Below are positions 8,743-17,973 of a stretch of 64,000 nucleotides of DNA, in pieces. Each line of letters begins with the position of its first letter. The first letter of the stretch is position 1. The notes beneath the pieces are model-generated. The model did not search any database. It worked only from the letters and a program-made list of their open reading frames with translations, and was not told the origin of the DNA. Position numbers and translations under genes: made by a program. Source of the DNA: an uncultured virus (IMG/VR IMGVR_UViG_3300038853_000032) (lineage: Duplodnaviria > Heunggongvirae > Uroviricota > Caudoviricetes); the IMG/VR virus record IMGVR_UViG_3300038853_000032; one strand, 5' to 3'.

Positions 8743-9072
8743 TTAAGATTGCTCCAGAACTGAAACTACTGCTGATAGTGAGGCGGAGGCAGAAGATTTG
8801 ACTCTCATTTCATCAGCAGCTTCTAAAACAACTTTTTGATCTCCTCCAATTACTACTAAAGAACTTCCAACAGGAATTGGAGCGTTTCTTATCAAATGAG
8901 CCTGAAAAGAAGTATTTGCTATAAGTAAAACATTTGCATTAACTTCTGCAGCAGAAATATTAGCAAGAGAAAGTCCGATAACAGTAGAAGTAGTACTTCC
9001 CGGAGCTTTATAAACTCTACGAGACTCAGTACCTATTATTCCTGTTATACTGTTTTTAAATGCATTCGCCAT
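8743..9072 (-). CDS. Small phage structural/fibre accessory protein
   Basis: MANAFKN...TVIGLSLAN...IPVGSSLVVIGGDQKVVLE, a type seen next to fibre genes. Confidence 0.6.
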   Translation of the reverse strand: MANAFKNSITGIIGTESRRVYKAPGSTTSTVIGLSLANISAAEVNANVLLIANTSFQAHLIRNAPIPVGSSLVVIGGDQKVVLEAADEMRVKSSASASLSAVVSVLEQS

Positions 9073-9120
9073 AGCAATATCCTTTTACCATTTAAGTACT
9101 CGGCTTTTTTAAATAAAAAA

Positions 9121-9177
9121 AATTCCGGTATCCTTTGTATGATACCGGAATTTAGAAAAAATAGCAACTATTTTTTT
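9121..9177 (-). promoter_or_regulatory. Promoter TTGCTA-17-TATCAT with inverted repeats over both elements
   Basis: -35 at 9167-9162 lies in an AAAAAATAG/CTATTTTTT hairpin; -10 at 9144-9139 overlaps the 12-bp inverted repeat AATTCCGGTATC/GATACCGGAATT. Confidence 0.55.
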
Positions 9178-9204
9178 ATGAATTACTGCTCTTGACTCCA
9201 ATCT

Positions 9205-9516
9205 TTAATCAGTAGTTCGTAAATAAGACAATAAATCTCGTAACGCGGTTTTAGTTACTCCAAGAAACCCATCTACTTTAAAAGGCACAATGGTCTCTAA
9301 GTCTCTCAAAAGTTCTTTCTTACTCAGACCTTCTGCCTTTCTTTTACCTAAAGGTTTAGGAGGAACAATATACGTCCCTTCACGGACTAACTTAGCTCGA
9401 ACCGACTTCACAGAGCGATTCAACTGATTAGCAACTACCTCTATCCCTTCATTTCCCCACTCGGAGTAAAGTTCTAAAAGACGTTGAGTTTCTTCGTTTG
9501 TATAATTCACAGGCAC
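9205..9516 (-). CDS. HTH-like phage DNA-binding protein
   Basis: NYTNEET...VANQLNRSVKSVRAKLVREG. Confidence 0.55.
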   Translation of the reverse strand: MPVNYTNEETQRLLELYSEWGNEGIEVVANQLNRSVKSVRAKLVREGTYIVPPKPLGKRKAEGLSKKELLRDLETIVPFKVDGFLGVTKTALRDLLSYLRTTD

Positions 9517-9827
9517 GGTTGGTCCCCCTGCTCCTCAAGAATAACATCTACTGCCCATTGCGCTAAATGGTTCCAATCTGCGCTCAAGTCTGCTTTATCC
9601 GCCACATAACGAAGAGCGTCAAAAATCTCATCATCAGAAACATTACACAACGTCCCTTCGTATGGAGAAGACTCATAATTCGAACGAACGTCTGCAGGAG
9701 AAATAGACATAAAACAAACTATCTTATGTTTCTCTTGCAGGGCGTAAAAATCATCCCAAACATTAGACATTTGTTCAAGCCGCCTTACTTGTAAGTTCGT
9801 CGTTATGTTCCGCAATAAAAGACTCAA
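9507..9827 (-). CDS. Hypothetical protein (real start probably at MSNVWDD)
   Basis: ORF track. Confidence 0.55.
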   Translation of the reverse strand: MSLLLRNITTNLQVRRLEQMSNVWDDFYALQEKHKIVCFMSISPADVRSNYESSPYEGTLCNVSDDEIFDALRYVADKADLSADWNHLAQWAVDVILEEQGDQPCL

Positions 9828-10014
9828 CTCGATCTTTTAAACCAAATATGATTGCCCACTCGTCCTTATAAAAGGTAATAGGAAACCGTCGAATACCATT
9901 AATTTGAACAGCACCCTTTGGTGAAACCTTAACCACAATATCGCGAACATTCTTAGCTTTTTCAGCAGTTAACGCTGCTACCAACTCTTCACGACTCATA
10001 CTATCTGTATTCAT
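9775..10014 (-). CDS. Conserved small hypothetical protein, possibly nucleic-acid binding
   Basis: KVSPKGAVQINGIRRFPITFYKDEW. Confidence 0.65.
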   Translation of the reverse strand: MNTDSMSREELVAALTAEKAKNVRDIVVKVSPKGAVQINGIRRFPITFYKDEWAIIFGLKDRVESFIAEHNDELTSKAA

Positions 10015-10051
10015 ATTCTATTTTTTCCTTCTTAGTTTCAAGTTATATCCT

Positions 10052-10095
10052 ATTGTATAAAAAAAGAGAGGAAAATGCAAGATTTTTCTCTCTTT
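10052..10095 (-). promoter_or_regulatory. Promoter TTGCAT-17-TACAAT inside a terminator-like hairpin
   Basis: Stem AAAGAGAGAAAAAT/ATTTTCCTCTCTTT with -35 at the loop and 3' arm. Confidence 0.7.
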
Positions 10096-10123
10096 GAAAT
10101 AGACTATAAAGTTAAAAATGTCA

Positions 10124-10810
10124 TTAATTTTTAACTACTTGAAGAACTTTTTTTACTTTCCACGGAGTAAAAAAGATTGTACTTAAACTAAAATTAGTAA
10201 TCCCTAAAATCTTATAATCACAAAAGTCTTGCGGACTATAAATACCCCCACCAGCAATTATTTCTAATCCAGGAAATTGTTTCTGAATTTGAGGAATATA
10301 CTGAAGATTAAACTTCTTTACTTCTTTTCCACTCAAGCCTCCTTTATCAACAGATACAGTATTACTCAAATGAATGCGATTAATACCATAATAAGATAAG
10401 AAGTCACATTGATTAAAAATATCATTATTAGGTGATAATTTACAAGAAATCCAATCATATTTAAGTATAAAATGAGTTAAAGTAGCAGGATTAATGAAAT
10501 AATTATAAACATTCGGACATGATAAATTTAACTCTATTTTTTGACCTGCTGGAACAATATCAATAAACTTATCCCAATCGTCATTAAGAGCAGCTAAAGA
10601 AACCACAGAAGAAGTATCAAACGACACTTTTCTAATTCCAGGATTTCGTAAACCTATTTTATTTACCCATCCTCTTTTCGTATATCTTAGTGTTTTAAAA
10701 ATTTGTCTTATTAAGCCTGATCGAGGATCAGGAGTAAAAGAACCACGAATAGAAATAGTATTTTTTAAATTAATCCATGTTCCAAAAGGCGGTGAAATAT
10801 AAATACTCAT
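10124..10810 (-). CDS. Dihydroorotate dehydrogenase-like FMN TIM-barrel
   Basis: NKIGLRNPG, ELNLSCPN, SNT, GGLSG, IIAGGGI. Confidence 0.75.
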   Translation of the reverse strand: MSIYISPPFGTWINLKNTISIRGSFTPDPRSGLIRQIFKTLRYTKRGWVNKIGLRNPGIRKVSFDTSSVVSLAALNDDWDKFIDIVPAGQKIELNLSCPNVYNYFINPATLTHFILKYDWISCKLSPNNDIFNQCDFLSYYGINRIHLSNTVSVDKGGLSGKEVKKFNLQYIPQIQKQFPGLEIIAGGGIYSPQDFCDYKILGITNFSLSTIFFTPWKVKKVLQVVKN

Positions 10811-10844
10811 GTCTTTTAACTAGACTATGGTATAAAAAATGTTG

Positions 10845-10970
10845 TTACTCTATTGTAGTTTCTTCTGCAATTTCTTCCTCAACAACAGACTCTGCCTCTT
10901 CAGACTCTCCTAAACAAGAAGCAAGTCCTATAGCAAATAAACCTACTATAGATAATTTCAATAAATTCAT
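10845..10970 (-). CDS. Small acidic lipoprotein (41 aa)
   Basis: MNLLKLSIVGLFAIGLASC lipobox; AGGAG SD. Confidence 0.6.
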   Translation of the reverse strand: MNLLKLSIVGLFAIGLASCLGESEEAESVVEEEIAEETTIE

Positions 10971-11201
10971 TATTTTATTCTCCTTAAAATATAGGCGCAA
11001 AAAGCCCCACTAACGAAAAGCAATTTCATTGCGGCGTTACTAACGTCGGAAAATTTCATTTTCCACGCTTTGTCCCAGCTGTTCAAGCCTTGTTCTATAA
11101 AGTTTTCACTTCGTGATTTACGTTTTTTCATTACGTTAATGCCTTATAGTAGCATATGTTTGTCCCAAATGCAAATAAAATTTTCTAATATTACCACACT
11201 A

Positions 11202-11918
11202 TTACAAGCTTTGTAAAATCTGAAAAGTTTCCCACCAATCCCTCACTGCATAAACATGATCTTGTGTATTATTCCGATTTCGAATAGCCTCTGCTAACGG
11301 CCAATCATTTCCTTTTTTATGAATCGCATCTCCAAAAAAGAAAATCTCTCCGACTTCTCCTAAGTGATCTAATATCTGAGACTTATTTCTTCCTCTTGGA
11401 TACAAATCCACTCCAGTTTCTCCACCGACCGAAGCCTCTAAACTTGGAAAAGCTTCGTTAAAGTCTGCTGCAATCTGATGTCTTTCTCCACTGTGCTCAT
11501 CATACTTTATGTAAAGCTTTTTTTCTGACCGTACTGCGCCACGACCAACAATACTAAAGTTTACTAACCCAGTTCGTTCTTCAATGTGTTGCCCAGTTCT
11601 CAGTGGAAAGGGACTTTCCTTCAGTCTTTTTCGCAACCATCTTTTTACGGTTTGGGGAATCACCCAATCACTATGATAAGTTTCTTTTCCTTTTTTCCAA
11701 ATAGAATTACCCGCACAGTTATAGACAGCCGCTACCACTTCGGTAATCGGACGCCCAACTTGTTCTAAAGTTTTTGGATGGTCACTTCCGGTAATTAGAT
11801 AAACATTACGCAAGGTCGCCCAGTCAAGAAAAAATTCTTCAAATTCTGGGTCGATTAACTCACGGCTCGGAGTAAGAGTCCCATCAACATCAAAAATGTA
11901 AATAGTATAAAATGACAT
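11202..11918 (-). CDS. HAD-IIB phosphomannomutase (eukaryotic PMM-type)
   Basis: FDVDGTLT, ITGSD, IEERTGLVNFSIVGR, FFGD..GND. Confidence 0.85.
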   Translation of the reverse strand: MSFYTIYIFDVDGTLTPSRELIDPEFEEFFLDWATLRNVYLITGSDHPKTLEQVGRPITEVVAAVYNCAGNSIWKKGKETYHSDWVIPQTVKRWLRKRLKESPFPLRTGQHIEERTGLVNFSIVGRGAVRSEKKLYIKYDEHSGERHQIAADFNEAFPSLEASVGGETGVDLYPRGRNKSQILDHLGEVGEIFFFGDAIHKKGNDWPLAEAIRNRNNTQDHVYAVRDWWETFQILQSL

Positions 11919-12145
11919 GATAAGTGAAAATGCCTTTTCAAACGAAAGAAAAAATAATAGTCTAGCCAGAGAAAGCTACCTACCGTAACAAGATTAATCC
12001 CGCCAATTAAAACAATAAACGGAAAAACCCAAAGAACTTCCACGCAATAAGGAATAAAAAATTCTTTCGGAACTGCCCACCAAGGCCAACGAAGCTTTTG
12101 CGGATCAAAAGAGTAATGACGGTAGTCATACATTTCCCACATCAT
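11855..12145 (-). CDS. Hypothetical membrane protein
   Basis: Hydrophobic ORF overlapping its neighbours. Confidence 0.4.
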   Translation of the reverse strand: MMWEMYDYRHYSFDPQKLRWPWWAVPKEFFIPYCVEVLWVFPFIVLIGGINLVTVGSFLWLDYYFFFRLKRHFHLSCHFILFTFLMLMGLLLRAVS

Positions 12146-12639
12146 CGATCTAACCGATAAAAAATATGATCTTCAAGCTCCATAATACGTGTTAATTGAG
12201 AAGCCCAATGTGGTAAAATATTAGACTCGTGATAATGAGTTGCGCCTTCCGTAAAATCTAAATGATCTGCACTCACTAAAGTCTTAGATAAATTCAAAGC
12301 ATAGTTCCACGCATCTAATTCTTTTGGAACATCACTTAACCCATCACAAAACCAACTAAACTGACACCTATTTCTCACCGGATATTCTGGTCTCCAAGAA
12401 TAAGTCGGCCCTTGATAAATTACTTCACAAATACTCTTAGGATAACTAGAATGTTGTACTCGATTAAAAACCACTAAAGAAACTGCTATTTGAGCAGCTA
12501 ACCCTTGATCTCTAGCTTCAAAATACATATTCTTAGCTAAACATATCTGATCTTCGGGGTCAATTAAACCGCACCGCGTACATCGAGTCTCTCCCTCATG
12601 CGAAGTAAAAAAGAAAATCAAAAGAAACACGGTTATCAT
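12142..12639 (-). CDS. Cell wall hydrolase (SleB/Hydrolase_2)
   Basis: CLAKNMYFEAR, V.NRV, CQFSWFCDG, GATHYH, HIFY. Confidence 0.9.
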   Translation of the reverse strand: MITVFLLIFFFTSHEGETRCTRCGLIDPEDQICLAKNMYFEARDQGLAAQIAVSLVVFNRVQHSSYPKSICEVIYQGPTYSWRPEYPVRNRCQFSWFCDGLSDVPKELDAWNYALNLSKTLVSADHLDFTEGATHYHESNILPHWASQLTRIMELEDHIFYRLDR

Positions 12640-12652
12640 TAACTTGTAGGAT

Positions 12653-13432
12653 TTAAACCACTTTTCTTTCAATGTCTGACTCCTCACATAACGCTCCATA
12701 TTGTAACTCCACTATTTGTAATAATTCTTTTCCTTCATTCGCTAACTGATGCCAATCCCCTTTCTTAATAAAATATCTTTCTCCTGTTTCTAAAGGTTTA
12801 GGATCATGTTCTCCATAAAGAACCCCAGTCCCCTTCACAACATGCCAAAACTCATTTCGATGAAAATGTCTTTGGTAAGAAAGTTTTTCCCCAGGTTGCA
12901 CAATTAATTCTTTTACTTTAGAAGTGGGAGGATAATCTTTTAACACTCTCCACTCACCCCAATCCCTTTTAACTGGAAAAGTTTCCCAGTCTTTTAATAT
13001 CCAGGAACTACTTTGAACCTTGCCTCCTCCCACATTAAAGATACACCTCACATTATGCTCTTCACACCAACCTATTTCTGGTACGTTATTTTCTGTCCGA
13101 TCTCCTCCGTTTAAAAAATTAAGACGATATCGAGGAGGAGGATATGCGTTTAATGCTTTTTTAATTCCTTCAATAGCATTACCGCCTGAATCATCAAACG
13201 GAATCACTTCCCAAACAGACCTCATATTACTTACAATAGCCGCTCTATCTTCCCAAGGCATAAAAGGACGACCCTTTTTCTTAGTTAACCACGCATCTGA
13301 GTTTAGCAGAACAAGAATTTTTCCATGCCTCGCTGCTTTTCTAAAGTAATCTATATGACCTCGATGAAGAGGGTCAAATCCACCACTTACTAAACTAATC
13401 TCAAATAATATATCAGTTCTTTTACTTTCCAT
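12653..13432 (-). CDS. Cytidylyltransferase-like domain fused to a mannose-6-phosphate isomerase-type cupin
   Basis: SGGFDPLHRGH, NGGDR, KVQSSS; WGEWRVL, LSYQRHFHRNEFW, EESDIER. Confidence 0.85.
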   Translation of the reverse strand: MESKRTDILFEISLVSGGFDPLHRGHIDYFRKAARHGKILVLLNSDAWLTKKKGRPFMPWEDRAAIVSNMRSVWEVIPFDDSGGNAIEGIKKALNAYPPPRYRLNFLNGGDRTENNVPEIGWCEEHNVRCIFNVGGGKVQSSSWILKDWETFPVKRDWGEWRVLKDYPPTSKVKELIVQPGEKLSYQRHFHRNEFWHVVKGTGVLYGEHDPKPLETGERYFIKKGDWHQLANEGKELLQIVELQYGALCEESDIERKVV

Positions 13433-13664
13433 CTACTTTCCTAAATCCTAAAACACCCACCAAACACACCGGACAATAAGGTTCCATTACTGCAGCACCA
13501 ATATAATTATCGGCAGCCCCACAACCCCTCGGATCATCTTTTGGTCTGCTCTTTGGGGTTGGGCTGTGGACTCCTGGCGCAACAGCTCCTGCAAAATCCC
13601 ATAAGTATCCGCATTTTTCACAAATATAACTATCTGCCATATAACTCTTGCATTTCTTCTTCAA
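13422..13664 (-). CDS. Small Cys-rich hypothetical protein
   Basis: CEKC and CPVC pairs. Confidence 0.5.
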   Translation of the reverse strand: MKKKCKSYMADSYICEKCGYLWDFAGAVAPGVHSPTPKSRPKDDPRGCGAADNYIGAAVMEPYCPVCLVGVLGFRKVDGK

Positions 13665-13778
13665 GTCTCATTATCTGAAGATTCCAGTCTACACTTCTTG
13701 GATAGTTACTATACGCTGGACCCACTCGATCAATTAATTCTTTTTCTAACTCTTTCCAGTTCATTAATTATTTTCCTT

Positions 13779-14210
13779 TCAGATACAGTTTAGTATTGGT
13801 TTCTTTTTTGAACTTTCTTCTATTATTCTGTTTCTTAACTCTGTTGTGGAAAAAGAATGTTGTCTCCTGTTAAAATAACACTTGTCCAAACTAATATCTC
13901 TACCTGTAAATTCTTTATCTTTATATTCTTCCCCGATAATCCTTACATCGTACTGAATTGACTTGAGGATCAGAAGTAAGTCTGCTTCTGTTTCGTATAC
14001 TAAAGTTTCATCTACCAAAATACAACCCTTCACTTGAATGTATCTTTCAAAGATACTTTGAATCGGTTTATTCTTCTCAGGACGATCAATTGTCGGGTCT
14101 GTCTGAATACAAGCAATTAGCCAATCACACCGAGTCTTAGCTTCTTGTAACATTAAAATATGACCCGCATGAAATAAATCAAATGTACTAAATGTGATTC
14201 CTCTTTTCAT
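13779..14210 (-). CDS. Glycerol-3-phosphate cytidylyltransferase-like
   Basis: FDLFHAGH, SFSTTELR. Confidence 0.85.
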   Translation of the reverse strand: MKRGITFSTFDLFHAGHILMLQEAKTRCDWLIACIQTDPTIDRPEKNKPIQSIFERYIQVKGCILVDETLVYETEADLLLILKSIQYDVRIIGEEYKDKEFTGRDISLDKCYFNRRQHSFSTTELRNRIIEESSKKKPILNCI

Positions 14211-14548
14211 TATGTTTCTTCTCCACCAGGTTTTTCACTAAAATATTTCATCTTATCAGGAACATTAACCCAATCATCTGCGTCTTCAGGGGGTGTTCCT
14301 TTTCGACAGATATTAGGCCAGCGTTCCGAATACTTTAAATTAAAACTTATTACTTCTCCATAATCACCCACTGCATCAGGGACAATAGCCTCTATCGGAC
14401 ATTCTGGCTCACAAACACCGCAATCGATACACTCGTCAGGATTTATAACCAGCATATTTTCCCCCTCATAAAAACAATCAACAGGGCAAACTTCTACACA
14501 ATCCATATACTTACACTTAATACAGATATCAGTTACGATATAAGTCAT
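14210..14548 (-). CDS. fdxA: 7Fe ferredoxin
   Basis: [21 protein letters not shown]...[12 protein letters not shown]. Confidence 0.95.
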   Translation of the reverse strand: MTYIVTDICIKCKYMDCVEVCPVDCFYEGENMLVINPDECIDCGVCEPECPIEAIVPDAVGDYGEVISFNLKYSERWPNICRKGTPPEDADDWVNVPDKMKYFSEKPGGEET

Positions 14549-15095
14549 TATATCTTCTTACAGTCACGTCTCCAAAAGTCATGATTTCCTCTATATTGTC
14601 TGTAATAGAATGTAATACCGTAGGGCCTCGACCATAACGGTTAAAAGTAATCTCACCTGTTCCATAAACAGGTCTAAACATATCTGGTTCTTCCCCTACT
14701 ATAGTTTTAAAATCTTCAGGAATAATAGTAACTCTAGCAGTATGTGTCCCATCCCAATCACATCCTCCAAATCCTTTAGGTAATTTGGCAACTGTCATTA
14801 CTGCCTCTTCAATTCCTTCATTCCTAATTAAATGAGAAGCAGAAGGAACAGTAACAATCATATTTTTCGAATTACCCATTCTCGCCCAATAAACTGCGTT
14901 CGAACGTAGGTCTTTACCTATCCGATACAGGTACTCGCCATTTTCTAACTTCCTAATGTTATAAGGATCATTCATCGCATAAGATTCTATATAATTTTCC
15001 TCTCCCTTCGTCAAACGAGGAAAAGTTAGTTCCATCAGTGTTAACAACAAAACTAAAGTTCCAAGCATCACTTTCATACGGGTATCTCTCCCCAT
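14529..15095 (-). CDS. Hypothetical exported protein
   Basis: N-terminal hydrophobic segment. Confidence 0.6.
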   Translation of the reverse strand: MGRDTRMKVMLGTLVLLLTLMELTFPRLTKGEENYIESYAMNDPYNIRKLENGEYLYRIGKDLRSNAVYWARMGNSKNMIVTVPSASHLIRNEGIEEAVMTVAKLPKGFGGCDWDGTHTARVTIIPEDFKTIVGEEPDMFRPVYGTGEITFNRYGRGPTVLHSITDNIEEIMTFGDVTVRRYNDLYRN

Positions 15096-15105
15096 TTTTA
15101 TCTCC

Positions 15106-15471
15106 TTAATCCTTATTTAAACTGTCAATAAACTTCTCTCGTATCTTTTTTCTTAATTCATGAAAAAAATTTCTCAAAGTATACTTATCATTGTTATCAA
15201 CATAACATTTAGGACGAAACTTTCGTTTATTAGTCTCAATGACTTCATAACTAAGTCCCTTTCTTTTAGCAAAAGCTATTGCTTTTTCTTTACTGATAAA
15301 ACGCAAGTGCTCCCCCACCTGTTTATTCACATCGTCGCACCCAGTCCACCCCATTAAAGGCTCAATATACTGAGGAGAAGAAAGGTTGTATTCAACTGTC
15401 CAATGCTTATTATGTTTTAAATCCGCTTGCATCACACTGCGAGCTCGTTGATATATACGCACGTCTTTCAC
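15106..15471 (-). CDS. Respiratory complex I accessory subunit, NDUFS4/ETC_C1_NDUFA4 family
   Basis: VRIYQRARSVMQ..W.VEY...EPLMGWTG..D...Q..LRF.SKE.AIAFA...G..Y. Confidence 0.85.
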   Translation of the reverse strand: MKDVRIYQRARSVMQADLKHNKHWTVEYNLSSPQYIEPLMGWTGCDDVNKQVGEHLRFISKEKAIAFAKRKGLSYEVIETNKRKFRPKCYVDNNDKYTLRNFFHELRKKIREKFIDSLNKD

Positions 15472-15686
15472 TTTATAAAACTTTCATACAGATAATCTAT
15501 TAATTTTTTTCCTGAATAAAGAAATGCAACAACAACAATAATTAATAAAATATCATAAGCCGCTTCTCCAGTATCAATTTTAAGTCCTTGAAAAGAAACA
15601 CCCTCGTCAGAAGATGCTTGTTGTGCAACCTCCACATGCGTGACATGGGAATCAGGATCGGTCTCTACCGTAATAGTTTTACTCAC
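15468..15686 (-). CDS. Small membrane protein
   Basis: Single C-terminal transmembrane segment. Confidence 0.55.
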   Translation of the reverse strand: MSKTITVETDPDSHVTHVEVAQQASSDEGVSFQGLKIDTGEAAYDILLIIVVVAFLYSGKKLIDYLYESFIK

Positions 15687-15688
15687 TT

Positions 15689-15973
15689 TTAATTTTTTCC
15701 TTTCTGATGAGACATAGCGTAAGCGTGCAAATCTTTAGCTTTACGAACCACATCTTGTAACTGAGCAAAGTTTTGCCAAGGTTTTAAAACAATACCAGAA
15801 CCAAACATCAACTTTGCGATTGACAAATCCATACAATTAACAATAGGAGGATTAGAAAGAATAATCGAACCCGACTGCACGTCATCACGACAAAGAATTA
15901 CTAAACTATCATCTGCGTATGCCCTATCACTAAGTAAAAATATACTTAAACTTAATAAAAATTTTTTAACCAT
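15689..15973 (-). CDS. Hypothetical exported protein
   Basis: Signal peptide ending AYA. Confidence 0.6.
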   Translation of the reverse strand: MVKKFLLSLSIFLLSDRAYADDSLVILCRDDVQSGSIILSNPPIVNCMDLSIAKLMFGSGIVLKPWQNFAQLQDVVRKAKDLHAYAMSHQKGKN

Positions 15974-16144
15974 ATTTTAATCTACCCTTGAGATTATATT
16001 TCAGAACTTAAATTACGTATCCTCCTATAGTAATCTTCAAGTCCTGGATTATCTCTAAATAACTTAAAAATATCTTCCTTCGGAACCTGCTCTGAGTATA
16101 TACACTCTGCTAATAACTTAAAATTGTCTTCTTGTGTTTTCATC

Positions 16145-16327
16145 TTAATTAATAGTTACTTTTTTTTGATACAACTCTAGTTGAGTAATTACTACCTGTA
16201 AACGAGCACTAAGCTCTTCTAATTGAGTATTGGCGTCCACAACCTGAGCAATAAGCCAACCTATAATAAACTCTGAATCCTGTCGAGGTAACTTTCTAAT
16301 TTCTGCGATAACTTCATCATGCGTCAT
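16145..16327 (-). CDS. Hypothetical coiled-coil protein
   Basis: ORF with SD. Confidence 0.55.
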   Translation of the reverse strand: MTHDEVIAEIRKLPRQDSEFIIGWLIAQVVDANTQLEELSARLQVVITQLELYQKKVTIN

Positions 16328-16343
16328 TATTTCTTAATCCTCT

Positions 16344-16417
16344 TGGAGCGGATAACCGAATTTGAATCGGTACTAAAAGCTTGGAAGGCTCTTGTGCTGC
16401 CATTACACCATATCCGC
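16344..16417 (-). tRNA. tRNA-Gly(TCC) with encoded CCA
   Basis: GCGGATA TGGTGTAATGGCAGCAC A AGAGC CTTCCAA GCTTT TAGT ACCGA TTCAAAT TCGGT TATCCGC TCCA. Confidence 0.95.
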
Positions 16418-16443
16418 ATTAACAGAAAAATAGATACTCCTCT

Positions 16444-16716
16444 CTAAACACTATACGCTCTTCCTTGATCAGTTAAGTACACAAAAGTCATTTTATCTCC
16501 GTGAACAGAAGTTCGTTTTACATAAACTAAATTAATGTGTTGTAACTGAGTAACAATTCCCGCAACACTTCTTTGAGAACGTTTCATAAAAATTCCCAAA
16601 TCTGCTGTAGTAATGTCACTAAAATCCGGTTCTTCATCTTTTAAATACTTTTGTAAAACTTTTAAAAGAGACTTCCCTAACTTAGTCGGTTTCTTCTTCA
16701 TATCTACGTTTTTCAT
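16444..16716 (-). CDS. Winged-helix DNA-binding protein
   Basis: TTADLG...SQRSVAGIVTQL...LV...VYLTDQG (MarR-like). Confidence 0.6.
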   Translation of the reverse strand: MKNVDMKKKPTKLGKSLLKVLQKYLKDEEPDFSDITTADLGIFMKRSQRSVAGIVTQLQHINLVYVKRTSVHGDKMTFVYLTDQGRAYSV

Positions 16717-16815
16717 TTGCTGCCCAATACATTAATCCACTAGCTAAATTACCTGCCATTAAACCAATAGGAAGAATAATAATAATAAAAAAGAAAATAG
16801 CCAATAACAATTCCA

Positions 16816-17376
16816 TTATATTGCAAACTCCTGTAATACGCTCATCTTTCTATGATCCCGATATAACCGACCCATCTCGTTTTGATCGGGTAAATAGGTA
16901 TTTAACCACTGATTTCTAATTTCCCGATAAAACATTTTAAATACGTCACCATGTGGTTTAATTCCAATCATATTATGAACTCTTTTATGAGTATACTGAG
17001 CAGCATGCGCTACCTCATGACACAACTGCATCATTAAGCGATCATGGGTATTATCCGTATAAAAATTTCCAATTTCAGAATCATCCTGATAAGATGCGTA
17101 TTCATAGACTTTTTGAGGAACTTTCGCATTAGGGGCTTTACGCCCACAAACACGCCACATAGCCATAGAAACGCCTGCGCCTCCATGTCGGTTATACCAC
17201 CCACCTCGTGAAAAACGACGGTGAGTACTCCAATCTAAACGAATGTGTGTAAGTTGGAATTTTCTCATACTAGAATAAGCAGAAGATTCTTGTAACCACT
17301 CCTCTAATTGAGTTAGTTGATGTTTGGCATAACAATTCCAATAATCTTTATAATTTAAATATGCTGTATTATTCAT
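16816..17376 (-). CDS. SprT-like HExxH metalloprotease
   Basis: CHEVAHAAQ...PHGDVFK; start moved to MNNTAY because the upstream sequence is a promoter. Confidence 0.7.
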   Translation of the reverse strand: MNNTAYLNYKDYWNCYAKHQLTQLEEWLQESSAYSSMRKFQLTHIRLDWSTHRRFSRGGWYNRHGGAGVSMAMWRVCGRKAPNAKVPQKVYEYASYQDDSEIGNFYTDNTHDRLMMQLCHEVAHAAQYTHKRVHNMIGIKPHGDVFKMFYREIRNQWLNTYLPDQNEMGRLYRDHRKMSVLQEFAI

Positions 17377-17415
17377 TCTTATATAATAACACAAAAAAGA
17401 ACGACTCTGCAATAA

Positions 17416-17973
17416 TTATTTATAGATTCCAAAACTCAGTGTGATAGAATCCGTAGGATAATATGCTTTATGATTAGTATTTTTTGGAAGATAAACCCAA
17501 TCATTTGTGCCTAAAGAAATCCGGCGTTTTTTAAGTTTAATATCCTTTTTTCCTCGTAAACAGTATATCAAAACACCCATAGGATCTTGATGAAAATTAA
17601 AAGAAAAAGAATTTTTCTTTCCAAAATATATATGACAATCTACTTTTGAAGCACCAAAAGCTCGCTGTAAATTTTCACAAAATTTAATATAGTTATTATT
17701 ATAACTTTCTATATTATTAATTTTAACTAATGATTTTTCTTTTAAAAAACCATACAACTCTGCCACTGAGTGACAATGATGATTAACTAACGAACTATTT
17801 TGTGAAGAATCAATAAAAAATATAGACTCAGTACTAAAATAATTAGGATCTAATATCACATCCTCATAATAAATATCTAAAGACCTGTCAGGAATATAGG
17901 TAGCTTTACCAACTCTATTAACATTAGAAGCAATAGACATTAAAGCTAAAAAACTATTTTTAAAATCTTTCAT
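17416..17973 (-). CDS. JmjC/cupin oxygenase-like protein
   Basis: CHIYFG..SF.FHQDP..VLIY..RGKK...WVYLPK.T.HKA. Confidence 0.75.
   Translation of the reverse strand: MKDFKNSFLALMSIASNVNRVGKATYIPDRSLDIYYEDVILDPNYFSTESIFFIDSSQNSSLVNHHCHSVAELYGFLKEKSLVKINNIESYNNNYIKFCENLQRAFGASKVDCHIYFGKKNSFSFNFHQDPMGVLIYCLRGKKDIKLKKRRISLGTNDWVYLPKNTNHKAYYPTDSITLSFGIYK

Noticed and set aside
16344..16417. tRNA as an integration (att) site
   Set aside because: No duplicated tRNA 3' end or integrase seen in the window
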